From Candidatus Dadabacteria bacterium (GTDB lineage: Bacteria > Desulfobacterota_D > UBA1144 > Nemesobacterales > Nemesobacteraceae), in NCBI GenBank assembly GCA_026705445.1, contig JAPPAR010000001.1, positions 8,030 through 72,029 on the forward strand: a stretch of 64,000 bases of DNA. The letters run 5' to 3'. The notes beneath the pieces are model-generated. The model saw only the letters and a program-made list of their open reading frames with translations, was not told the origin of the DNA and did not search any database. Positions 48,379 through 57,671 of this stretch are shown here, one piece after another. How positions within the stretch are numbered: the stretch's first letter is position 1; each line of letters begins with the position of its first letter. The translations under genes and the position numbers were made by a program.

Positions 48379-48452
48379 TGGGGCGTCGTCTAACGGCAGG
48401 ACACCGGGTTTTGGTCCCGGTAGTGGGGGTTCAAGTCCTCCCGCCCCAGCCA
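48379..48452 (+). tRNA. tRNA-Gln (anticodon UUG), with CCA encoded
   Basis: Manual fold: 7-bp acceptor stem U1-A72 (UGGGGCG/CGCCCCA), anticodon stem CCGGG/CCCGG with loop UUUUGGU, T-arm GGGGG-TTCAAGT-CCTCC, discriminator G and CCA. The ends resemble E. coli tRNA-Gln. Confidence 0.9.
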
Positions 48453-48473
48453 GAAATTTCGATTCACGTTACC

Positions 48474-50591
48474 ATGTCAGGCAATTCCCTCAAAGGACTT
48501 AACCCTTCCCAGCTTGAGGCCGTAACCCACGGAGAGGGTCCGCTGCTTGTGCTTGCGGGCCCGGGATCGGGAAAAACCAGGGTAATAGCCCACCGGATCG
48601 CCTACCTGATAAACGACCTTTCCGTTCCTCCGGGAAACATTCTGGCCGTGACCTTCACCAACAAGGCGGCGGCGGAGATGAAAAAAAGAGCGAGGGATTT
48701 GGCGGGCGAGCTGGCAAGCGGCATATGGATCGGTACCTTCCACTCGATCTGCCTTCGGATTCTTAAAATAGAGGCGGATTTTCTTGAGGGCCACACGAAG
48801 GATTTCGTTGTCTACGACCAGGACGATCAGCTTGGCCTCTTAAAGAGCTGCCTGAAAGAGCTTGACTACGGGGAGAGCCTTTTTTCGCCTAAGGGAGTGC
48901 TCTCCGAATTTGACGCCGCTGAGAACAGGGAGGGGGCGTCCTTCAGGGACGATTTTTATGGTCGCAGACTTAGTGAGCTTTATGATTTCTACAAAAAAGA
49001 GCTCGTGAAGCGAAATGCTATGACGTTTAACGACCTGCTTCTTCTTGCAAACAGGCTTCTTTCTGAAAACCAGGGGGTTTGCGTCCGTTACCAGGACAGA
49101 TTCTCTCAAGTGCTAGTAGACGAGTATCAGGACACAAACGTTTCCCAGTACCGCTTCGCAAAGACCCTCTCGCAGCGCCATCGCAACCTCTTCGTCGTGG
49201 GCGATGACAGTCAGTCGATTTATGGGTGGAGGGGGGCCGACATAAATAACATTCTGAACTTCGAGAAGGACTTTCCGGGAGCAAGGGTCGTTAAGCTTGA
49301 GCGCAACTATCGTTCGACACTTAACATACTCGGCATTGCGAACTCGGTTATAAGGAAAAACCCGGGCAGAAAGGAAAAAACCCTCTGGACCGAGAATCCC
49401 GAGGGAGAAAGAGCGCTGGTGTTCAAGGCCTTAGACAATGCCGACGAGGCCCGTTTTGTTGCGGAGCGGATTTCGGATCTGGCCGAATCCGGAGATTTCA
49501 AGTGGAGCGACGTGGCGATTTTCTACAGGGCCAACTTCCAGTCAAGGGTAATCGAGGAGGGACTTAGGGTCGCCAAAGTCCCCTACAGGATAGTGTCGGG
49601 AGTAGGGTTTTACCAGAGGGCGGAGATAAAGGATGTGATTGCCTACCTGCGGCTGGTTCAGAATCCGAGGGACGACGTCAGCTTCCTTAGAATAGTGAAT
49701 GTCCCGCCGAGAAAGATAGGGGGAGTCACGCTTCGGAAGCTTCGTGAAGCATCCCAAGCCGGCGGATTCGCTCTTTTTGAAGCGTCCGAATACTGCCAAG
49801 AACATGATCTCCTGCCTGCGCAGGCTCTAGGTGCCCTATCACGTTTTCTTGAAATCATAAAGGGACTTGGTTCGGCGGCGGAGAGTCGGCCGGTAGCACA
49901 GGTGATCAAGAATCTTCTTCAAAGTACGGCCTATCTGGATTACCTGGGGGATGATCATCAGAGGGCGGAGAACGTAAGGGAGCTTTTAAACGCGGCCGAG
50001 GAATGGGACGACATCACTCTTTCTGATTTCCTTGACCTCGTCCTGCTCGCGACCGATGAGGACAGGGGAGATTCCGGAGAGGAAAAGGTCTCCCTCATGA
50101 CGATTCACGCGGCCAAGGGGCTTGAGTTTCCGGCGGTGTTCGTGGTCGGGGTAAACGAGGACCTTCTTCCGCACAGAAGATCTGCGGAGACCCTTGGGGG
50201 TCTGGAGGAGGAGAGAAGGCTTTTCTATGTCGCGGTTACCCGCGCCAAGCGGCTGCTCTACCTGAGTTACGCTTCCTTGAGAACTGCTTCGGGCGGGACA
50301 TACCACACCCGAAGGTCTGCTTTCCTGGATGATCTCTCGCCCGAGCATGTCGTCTGCGAATCCCGCAAGAAAAAACTCTCTGGCCGAGATTCCGATTTGC
50401 CTTCGGAAGAAAAGACATACGAACTAGAAGATGTCGGCCTGAACTTAAGACCCGGACAGAGGGTCACCCATCACGTTTTCGGTCCCGGGGTCGTTAAACG
50501 GATTGACGGAAAAGGAGATAGGGCGGTGGCTACGGTCGATTTTTTCGGTTCCGGCGTGAAAAAAATTCTCGCAAGCTTTTTTGCCGACTAG
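48474..50591 (+). CDS. UvrD/PcrA-family ATP-dependent DNA helicase
   Basis: SF1 helicase motifs: LNPSQLEAV, Walker A AGPGSGKT, VDEYQDTN, and C-terminal VTRAK. Confidence 0.9.
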   Translation: MSGNSLKGLNPSQLEAVTHGEGPLLVLAGPGSGKTRVIAHRIAYLINDLSVPPGNILAVTFTNKAAAEMKKRARDLAGELASGIWIGTFHSICLRILKIEADFLEGHTKDFVVYDQDDQLGLLKSCLKELDYGESLFSPKGVLSEFDAAENREGASFRDDFYGRRLSELYDFYKKELVKRNAMTFNDLLLLANRLLSENQGVCVRYQDRFSQVLVDEYQDTNVSQYRFAKTLSQRHRNLFVVGDDSQSIYGWRGADINNILNFEKDFPGARVVKLERNYRSTLNILGIANSVIRKNPGRKEKTLWTENPEGERALVFKALDNADEARFVAERISDLAESGDFKWSDVAIFYRANFQSRVIEEGLRVAKVPYRIVSGVGFYQRAEIKDVIAYLRLVQNPRDDVSFLRIVNVPPRKIGGVTLRKLREASQAGGFALFEASEYCQEHDLLPAQALGALSRFLEIIKGLGSAAESRPVAQVIKNLLQSTAYLDYLGDDHQRAENVRELLNAAEEWDDITLSDFLDLVLLATDEDRGDSGEEKVSLMTIHAAKGLEFPAVFVVGVNEDLLPHRRSAETLGGLEEERRLFYVAVTRAKRLLYLSYASLRTASGGTYHTRRSAFLDDLSPEHVVCESRKKKLSGRDSDLPSEEKTYELEDVGLNLRPGQRVTHHVFGPGVVKRIDGKGDRAVATVDFFGSGVKKILASFFAD

Positions 50592-52063
50592 GAAAAACAG
50601 CTCACGACGAGGCTCTTGGCCCACTCGGGAGAGGCGCCCGCGTAGCTTTCATGCTCCGGCTGCTCCGAGAAGGGATTCTCGAATATTTTTCTTACTTTTT
50701 CTATCTCCGAGTAGTCCTCCCGCTCAAGAGCCTCCTTTATTGCGGTCTCCATTATGTGGTTTCTCAAAACGTACCTGGGGTTGACGGAATCCATGAGCTT
50801 CTTTCTTTCGCGGTCGGGAAGCGAATTCTCCCTAAGCTCCCCGGCGTACTCTGAGATCCACTGCCGCCATTGTCCCGAAGCCGCGCAGAGTTCCGCAAGC
50901 CAGGGATTTCCTTCAAAAGAGCCGTCGCGGCTTACGTCGGAGAGGCTTCTGAGAAAGATATGATAGTCCGTCCCGGATTCGGCCAGCATCCCGAGGGTTT
51001 TTTCAACAAACCGAAGGGATTCTCTTTTTTCCTTTTCAAAGCCGAACTTGCGCAGCATGAGTTGTCTGTAAGTCTCAGAAAAGGTCTTGTTGTAAACCTC
51101 AATTGCGCGGACGGCCTGTTTTTTGTCCACTAGGCTTTCCAGGCATCTTGCGAATTTCCCGAGGTTCCAACGCGCGATTGCGGACTGGTTTCCGTAGCTG
51201 TACCTGCCGAAGTGATCCGAGTGATTAGAGACGTAATCCCTGTCGAACGTCTCCAGAAATCCGTACGGTCCGTAATCGAGAGTGAGACCCGTTACGGACA
51301 TGTTGTCGGTATTCATTACTCCGTGGGTAAATCCGAAAGCCTGCCACTTGGCGACGGTGAATGCCGTTTTTTCTGCCGTCGCGAGCAGAAAAAGCCCGTA
51401 GCCCTCCTTTGCCCCGCTCGGAATCTCGGGGTAGTGGCAGGCGATTACGTAATCGGCAAGCGTCTGGATACTTTCCTCTTCACCTCGGTAGTAAAAACCT
51501 TCGAACGAACCGAAGCGCACGTGGGTCTCCGCGACCCGGAGCATCATGGCGGCGGGTTCCCGGGTTTCCCTCTCGATTTTCTCCATGCCTCCCACTATGC
51601 AGAGAGCCCTCGTGGATGGAATTCCCAGATGGTGGAGAGCCTCGCTTCCGAGATACTCCCTTATGGAGGACTTGAGCGTAGCCCTTCCGTCAAAGCCTCT
51701 TGAGAATCTGGTGGTCCCGCATCCCTTGAGGTGAAGATCCCATCTGCGGTTCCGCTCGTCGATTATCTGCCCGAGCAGAAGTGCTCTCCCGTCTCCAAGG
51801 TGCGGATTGTAGACCCCGAACTGCCAGCCGGCGTAGTACATAGCCAAGGGGTCTGCGCCCGCAAGAGGCCTTTTCCCGCAGAGGTACTCGGCAAGAAGGG
51901 GGTTTTGTTTCTCGCCCGGGTCTATGCCGAGTTCCGCCGCCAGGGTTTCGTTAAACGCCACCATATGGGGGCTCTTGAACGGAACAGGATCTTTTTTCTG
52001 GTAGAACTCGTGTGGCAGCTCCGCGTAGGAATTCTCAAAACGAAGGTCTGTTATTTTTCCCAT
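50588..52063 (-). CDS. selO: Protein adenylyltransferase SelO (YdiU/UPF0061)
   Basis: 491 aa with a SelO kinase-like fold (the N-terminal region has MVAFNE and AGWQFG). Confidence 0.8.
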   Translation of the reverse strand: MGKITDLRFENSYAELPHEFYQKKDPVPFKSPHMVAFNETLAAELGIDPGEKQNPLLAEYLCGKRPLAGADPLAMYYAGWQFGVYNPHLGDGRALLLGQIIDERNRRWDLHLKGCGTTRFSRGFDGRATLKSSIREYLGSEALHHLGIPSTRALCIVGGMEKIERETREPAAMMLRVAETHVRFGSFEGFYYRGEEESIQTLADYVIACHYPEIPSGAKEGYGLFLLATAEKTAFTVAKWQAFGFTHGVMNTDNMSVTGLTLDYGPYGFLETFDRDYVSNHSDHFGRYSYGNQSAIARWNLGKFARCLESLVDKKQAVRAIEVYNKTFSETYRQLMLRKFGFEKEKRESLRFVEKTLGMLAESGTDYHIFLRSLSDVSRDGSFEGNPWLAELCAASGQWRQWISEYAGELRENSLPDRERKKLMDSVNPRYVLRNHIMETAIKEALEREDYSEIEKVRKIFENPFSEQPEHESYAGASPEWAKSLVVSCFS

Positions 52064-52192
52064 CTCACGACGCCCCCTGCGCTTCGTTGCGGATTATGCC
52101 GACGGAGGACCGGGCAGCCCGAGAAATCCCCGCGCCCGGATACGTACTAACCCTTGGTCCTATAAAGAAGTATAATATTCCCCCGGGAAATC

Positions 52193-52477
52193 ATGAAATA
52201 TAGAAAAAACAAGATAAAAACCGAACATTCGATAATAAAGGGACTACGGCGTTTTCTCGAGAACAACATCTCGGACCTTGACCACGTAACGGGAATCATT
52301 CCCGGGGAGATAAAGGTCGGCCGCGCCACCGGGGAGAATCTGGCTGTGAGCTACAAATACAGCACCCGAAGCGGGGCCAAGCTCATAGCGAGAAGCGGCA
52401 CTTCGGTGCAGGAGGTGTTTGTCATCACGAAGGACCCCGAGGAGCTAAAAGCGCTTATAGAGCGTCTAGGCAAATGA
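52193..52477 (+). CDS. Hypothetical small protein
   Basis: 94-aa ORF with a proper intergenic context. No motif recognised. Confidence 0.3.
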   Translation: MKYRKNKIKTEHSIIKGLRRFLENNISDLDHVTGIIPGEIKVGRATGENLAVSYKYSTRSGAKLIARSGTSVQEVFVITKDPEELKALIERLGK

Positions 52478-55400
52478 GCTTTCCCTGAGGGTCACCGCGC
52501 CTTCCCCGAGCAGTCCCTCGATGTTTTCTATGAGCTCGTCCCCGAAGTCGACCTTGCAGTTTCCGACCCTTAGGACGGCCTCTGAGTGGTTGGTCTTCAT
52601 GTCGATTATAACGGTCGAGTCTCCCGGGAACTTCTCGAGGATATCCCTCAGGCTGAGTATGTTCTGCTCGCTTGCCGATTTGCGGGCGATGCTTATGCAG
52701 ACAGCGGAATTCGTCCTGGTCTCCCTGAGCGAGGAGATGTCGCTTGCAAGAAGACGTATCTTGTCATCCGAGACCTCGATTTTCCCCTTCACTATCACCG
52801 GTTCCACCTTCTGTTCCAGAAGGGAACTGGACGTGCGCAGAGTGTCGTTGAACACTATTGCTTCTGTGAAACCGTTCAGATCCTCCAGGGTGAAGTAGCC
52901 GATGAGGCCGGTTCCCCTGCGGGTGTTTTTGGTTTCGAACGATCTCACCACTCCCGCGATTCTCACTTCGGAGCCGTCTCTTGCCCGTTTTATGGATTCG
53001 GTGTCGTGAAGGCGGCTGTATTTTTCAAGCTCGGAGGAGTGCTTTCGAAGCGGATGGGAAGATATGAAAAACCCGAGCACGTCAAGCTCGTTCTCGAGCC
53101 TGATGCGGTCATCCCAGGGTTCGGTTTCGGCAAGAGTCGGGGCGGCCACGGAATCTGGAAGGTCAAACAGCATTCCCTGCCCGTTCGCCGGCGTGTGCTG
53201 TTTCATGGAGTTGTACCCGAGCAGGGACTCGCAGGAAGCGAACAGCCGCGCCCTGCTTGGTTCCAGGGAATCGAAAACGCCTCCCTTTATCAGGCTTTCA
53301 AGTGCCTTTTTGTTTAGTTTTCTCGAATCCACCCTGGCGCAGAAGTCGAAGACGGATTCGAATACCCCGTCTTTTTCCCTGCTTCTGACTATTTCCTCGG
53401 TCAGGCCATCCCCGACGTATTTGATTGCGGTGAATCCGAACAGCACCTTTCCTTCCGACACCGTGAACCCGGAGCAGCTTCGGTTTATGTCGGGCTGCAG
53501 AACGTCGATTCCGAGTTTTCTGCACTCGGTTATGCCGGAGATCACCTTGTCCACGTTGTGGGCTTCCACGGACATGAAGGCTGCCATGAATTCAGCCGGG
53601 TAATGCGACTTGAGGTAGGCCGTCTGGTAGGTGATCATGGCATAGGCGGCGCTGTGGCTCTTGTTAAAGGAATACTCAGCGAATTTTTCGAGGGTGTCGA
53701 AAAGCTCCGCGGCCAGCTTGCTCTCGAGGCCCTTTTTTTCCGCTCCCGTAAGGAACCTTTTGCGTTGCGCCCTCATTTCGCTTGATTTTTTCTTGCCCAT
53801 TGCCCTTCGCAGGAGGTCCGCCTCCCCCATGGTGAAGCCCGCAAGCTCGCTCGCGGTCTGCATTATCTGCTCCTGGTAAACGAAGAGGCCGTAGGTTCCT
53901 CCCAGTATCTCCCGAAGCGCGGGATGCGGAAAATCAACCGTGCCACCGTTTTTCCTCCGGGTGAACTCCTCCGCCATGCCGCTGTCAAGAGGGCCTGGGC
54001 GGTAAAGCGCTAGGGCGGCCGTTATGTCCTCGAACTCCGCGGGCCGCAGCTTCGCCAGAAGATCCTTCATTCCCTGGGATTCAACCTGGAATATCCCCAT
54101 GGTTGCGCCTTCGCAAAGCAGGGCGTAGACCTTCGGGTCGTTAAGGGGGATTCTGTCAAGGTCGAATTCCTTTTCGTCTTTTCCCTGATTTTCCCTGACG
54201 TACTTAACAGCCTTGTCCAGTATTGTAAGGGTCTTTAGGCCAAGGAAATCGAATTTCACGTAGCCGAGCTTCTCTATGGAGTTCATGTCGAACTGGGTTA
54301 CGATCTCGTTTTTGCTTCCCCTGTAAAGCGGTATGTAGTCGGCAAGCGGCTCATTCGATATCACCACCCCTGCCGCGTGGGTGGAGGAATGGCGCACCAT
54401 GTTCTCAAGCGACCTCGCAAGTTCCACCGCTTCGGCAAGCTCCTTGTTCTCAGAAAGCCGCTCCTTTATTTCCTTTACCTTGCCTACGGCTTCCTTTATG
54501 CTGAACACCTTTCCCCGGAAAGAGGGGATCATCTTCGAGAGCCGGTCGACTTCCGCGTAGGGAAGCCCGAGCACCCTTCCCACGTCCTTTATCACGGCTT
54601 TCGAGGACATGGTTCCGAAGGTGCCGATCTGGGCAACCTTGTCCGCCCCGTACTTCTCCGTGACGTATCTTATTACCTCGTCGCGGTGCTCACCGCAGAA
54701 ATCGACGTCTATGTCGGGCATGCTCACCCTCTCGGGGTTAAGAAACCTCTCGAAAATAAGGTTGTGCCTTATGGGGTCGATGGCCGTTATGCCGAGGGCG
54801 TAGGCGACCAGGCTCCCGGCGGCGCTTCCCCGCCCCGGCCCAACCGGGATATCGTTTTTTCTGGCGTGGAATATGAAGTCGGAGACCACGAGGAAGTACG
54901 CGGAAAATCCCATCTTGCAGATGGTGTCAAGCTCCGAGCGAAGCCGCTCGCGGTAGGTTTCGTGGGACTCTTCGGGTATTTCGTTTTCCCGGAGCATTCT
55001 CTCGAGATTCCTGCCCGAGATCTCGCGCATGAATTCGTCAAGCGACTTTCCCTCTGGAGGGACGTATTCGGGGAACCTGTATCCCTCGTTTCTGAATTCG
55101 AAGTCGCAGCGCTCAGAGATTTTCACAGACTCCTCAATGGCGTCCTCGAAACCCTCAAGTTCCTGCGTCATTTCCTCCCTTGTCTTGACGTAGAAATCAT
55201 CGCTCTGGAATCTCATTCTCTTGCGGTCGGCCACCATGCTCCCAGTCTGGATGCACAAAAGTGCGTCGTGCGACTTGTAGTCCTCCCTGGTGAGAAAATG
55301 GCAGTCGTTGGTCGCCGCGAGCTTTATGCCCATGCTACTGGCGATTTTGCGAAGCTGACTGTTGATCCTGCGTTGCTCGGGAAGGCCGATTGCCTGCACT

Positions 55401-55915
55401 TCAAGATAGTAGCGGTCCCCGAATATCTCCTTGTATACAGAAGCGATTCTTATCTGCTCCTTCTGATCTTTTTTGAAAATGGCCTGGGAAAGCTCGCTGC
55501 TCATGCACCCGGAGAGGACTATGAGCCCCTCGTTGTGCTCAGACAGCATCTCGTGATCAACGCGCGGACGGCGGTAGAACCCCTCGAAGTATCCTTTTGT
55601 AACAAGTCTCGAGAGGTTCCTGTATCCCTGCTCGTTCATGCAGAGCACGGTGAGATGATAGTTCTTTCCGTCCGAAGGTTTTTCAAGCTTGAGGGTCGGG
55701 GTGACGTAGAGTTCGCAGCCTATTATGGGCTTTACGCCGCGGGCCTTTGCCTTTTCGAAAAACTCGTACGCGCCGAAGAGGTTTCCGTGATCGGTCACGG
55801 CAACGGCGGGCATGGCCTGGCTCTCGGCTCTCTCGATCAGCTCGTCGAACTTTATCGAGCCGTCAAGAAGCGAGTACTGCGAGTGTAGATGTAGGTGAAC
55901 GAAGGAATCTGCCAT
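52466..55915 (-). CDS. dnaE: DNA polymerase III alpha subunit
   Basis: 1149 aa. PHP domain N-terminus (HLHLHSQYSLLDGS), polymerase core and an OB domain. Confidence 0.95.
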   Translation of the reverse strand: MADSFVHLHLHSQYSLLDGSIKFDELIERAESQAMPAVAVTDHGNLFGAYEFFEKAKARGVKPIIGCELYVTPTLKLEKPSDGKNYHLTVLCMNEQGYRNLSRLVTKGYFEGFYRRPRVDHEMLSEHNEGLIVLSGCMSSELSQAIFKKDQKEQIRIASVYKEIFGDRYYLEVQAIGLPEQRRINSQLRKIASSMGIKLAATNDCHFLTREDYKSHDALLCIQTGSMVADRKRMRFQSDDFYVKTREEMTQELEGFEDAIEESVKISERCDFEFRNEGYRFPEYVPPEGKSLDEFMREISGRNLERMLRENEIPEESHETYRERLRSELDTICKMGFSAYFLVVSDFIFHARKNDIPVGPGRGSAAGSLVAYALGITAIDPIRHNLIFERFLNPERVSMPDIDVDFCGEHRDEVIRYVTEKYGADKVAQIGTFGTMSSKAVIKDVGRVLGLPYAEVDRLSKMIPSFRGKVFSIKEAVGKVKEIKERLSENKELAEAVELARSLENMVRHSSTHAAGVVISNEPLADYIPLYRGSKNEIVTQFDMNSIEKLGYVKFDFLGLKTLTILDKAVKYVRENQGKDEKEFDLDRIPLNDPKVYALLCEGATMGIFQVESQGMKDLLAKLRPAEFEDITAALALYRPGPLDSGMAEEFTRRKNGGTVDFPHPALREILGGTYGLFVYQEQIMQTASELAGFTMGEADLLRRAMGKKKSSEMRAQRKRFLTGAEKKGLESKLAAELFDTLEKFAEYSFNKSHSAAYAMITYQTAYLKSHYPAEFMAAFMSVEAHNVDKVISGITECRKLGIDVLQPDINRSCSGFTVSEGKVLFGFTAIKYVGDGLTEEIVRSREKDGVFESVFDFCARVDSRKLNKKALESLIKGGVFDSLEPSRARLFASCESLLGYNSMKQHTPANGQGMLFDLPDSVAAPTLAETEPWDDRIRLENELDVLGFFISSHPLRKHSSELEKYSRLHDTESIKRARDGSEVRIAGVVRSFETKNTRRGTGLIGYFTLEDLNGFTEAIVFNDTLRTSSSLLEQKVEPVIVKGKIEVSDDKIRLLASDISSLRETRTNSAVCISIARKSASEQNILSLRDILEKFPGDSTVIIDMKTNHSEAVLRVGNCKVDFGDELIENIEGLLGEGAVTLRESSFA

Positions 55916-56047
55916 TGCGGGTTATGAAGTTAAATTATACACCTTCCCTCGGTTTCATCCAGTAGCAGAAGGAAATGACAACCGGGCCTTAATCGAGTAA
56001 ATTAATAGTCTAGTTTCCGACAAACCGGGTGGTTGAATCTTTACGTC

Positions 56048-57583
56048 ATGTACGAGGAAACGGAATTCAAGCTGTCCCTTTCGCCCGCCGTGGCGAACCG
56101 GATTCTGCGTTACAAGGGGCTTAAGCCCCTTCGCAGGGGCCGTCGCACAAAGCGCCATCTCGTAAGCACCTACTTCGATACCCCGCGCCATGCGCTTAGA
56201 AAATCCGACATAGTCCTTCGGGTGCGCGATAACGGCAACGGCAAGCAGCAGACTATAAAGGTGCCGTTCCAAGGCCCCGCAGGACTTCAGAATTTCCGGG
56301 AATGGACCGTTCCGGTAAATGGCGATTCCCCGAATCTTCGCGCCGTGGACGACCCGGCGCTCGCTCGCGCTCTCTCCCGTCGGCGCTACGAAAAGCGCCT
56401 AGGCACCGTGTTCATCACGGACTTCGAGCGCGAGGCGGTTCGTATCAGGACCAAGGGTGCCGAATTCGAACTGGCAGTGGATCAGGGAGTGATTCACGCC
56501 GAAACATCCTGGGGACGCATTGAGGAGCCTATCTGCGAAGCGGAATTCGAACTGCTCTCGGGGGATCCGGCGCGGATGTTAGACGTGGCCCTTGAACTTT
56601 GCGAGGCTTACGACGTACGCCTTGCCCACCTTACTAAGGCGCAGAGGGGCTACGCGCTCGTAAGGCCGGCCCTTCGGCCAAGACCGCTTAAGGCCCCGAA
56701 GGTCACGCTCACAGAGGATATGAGCGTGGGAGAGGCGTTTAATTTCATCATTGCTGGCGCGCTTGAGCACATGTTCGCAAACGAGATTCCGACCCTAGAG
56801 GGAAGGGCGGAGGGAGTTCATCAGACAAGGGTGGCTATGAGGCGCGTGCGCGCGGCGCTTCGGGCCTTCAAAAGAATACTTCCATATGACAAGCGAAAGG
56901 CCTTTAACGGAGAGTTCCGCTGGTTCCAGCAGCGCCTGGCCCCGGCCCGCGACTGGCAGGTGTTTTTAAGCGAGACCCTTCCCAGGATAGCCTCCGCGGC
57001 GCCAGGGCAGGAGGAAGCGATAGAGCGCCTTCGGCGCATTGCCCGTGCAGAGCGGCGCCGCGCCGTCGGGGATGCGGCCGGCTATCTTGAGAGCCGCCGC
57101 TACGCCCGTCTTCTACTCCAGTTCGAGCGATGGGTCGCGTCTGTGGAGAAAGAGGTCGGCTCAAAGACTTTCAGCCAGCCCGTGAAGCCGTTTGCAAAAA
57201 GCGTGCTCAGGAGAACATGGCGCTATTTTCTCGAGGATACGAGGCCCCTTTCGCGTCTTCCTGACGAGGATCTTCACGAAATAAGAAAGCGTGGGAAAAA
57301 GGCCCGCTACGCAACGCAGTTTTTCAACTCGCTCTGGAGCGGTCCCGAGGTTCCGCCCTTCATGAAGCTCATGGGACGCTTCCAGGACAGCCTCGGAAAA
57401 ACAAACGACGCGATAGTCGCGCGGCACATCCTTGCGGCGGTCAAGCCCGGAAGACTTGATCCCTCGATGGTCCGTCTTGCGCAGGAATGGTCGCAGGCTA
57501 GGGTTAGAAAGTGCCTTCGCACGGCGCAGCCGCAGTGGAGGCGCCTCGTGAGGATCACCCCGTTCTGGGAGACGGGGCAGTGA
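56048..57583 (+). CDS. CYTH (triphosphate tunnel) plus CHAD domain protein
   Basis: N-terminal EIEFKL-type CYTH start (ETEFKLSL) and a C-terminal helical CHAD region rich in R/H. The start coordinate is taken from the ORF track; the displayed sequence near 56040 looks 1 nt out of register with it. Confidence 0.7.
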   Translation: MYEETEFKLSLSPAVANRILRYKGLKPLRRGRRTKRHLVSTYFDTPRHALRKSDIVLRVRDNGNGKQQTIKVPFQGPAGLQNFREWTVPVNGDSPNLRAVDDPALARALSRRRYEKRLGTVFITDFEREAVRIRTKGAEFELAVDQGVIHAETSWGRIEEPICEAEFELLSGDPARMLDVALELCEAYDVRLAHLTKAQRGYALVRPALRPRPLKAPKVTLTEDMSVGEAFNFIIAGALEHMFANEIPTLEGRAEGVHQTRVAMRRVRAALRAFKRILPYDKRKAFNGEFRWFQQRLAPARDWQVFLSETLPRIASAAPGQEEAIERLRRIARAERRRAVGDAAGYLESRRYARLLLQFERWVASVEKEVGSKTFSQPVKPFAKSVLRRTWRYFLEDTRPLSRLPDEDLHEIRKRGKKARYATQFFNSLWSGPEVPPFMKLMGRFQDSLGKTNDAIVARHILAAVKPGRLDPSMVRLAQEWSQARVRKCLRTAQPQWRRLVRITPFWETGQ

Positions 57584-57671
57584 GTATGGCTTTTCACGCA
57601 GCAGGTGATTATGTAAACTCACGGGTTGTGGGTGTTAGGACGCAGAATCTTATCGTCCAAGGAGACTGCAG

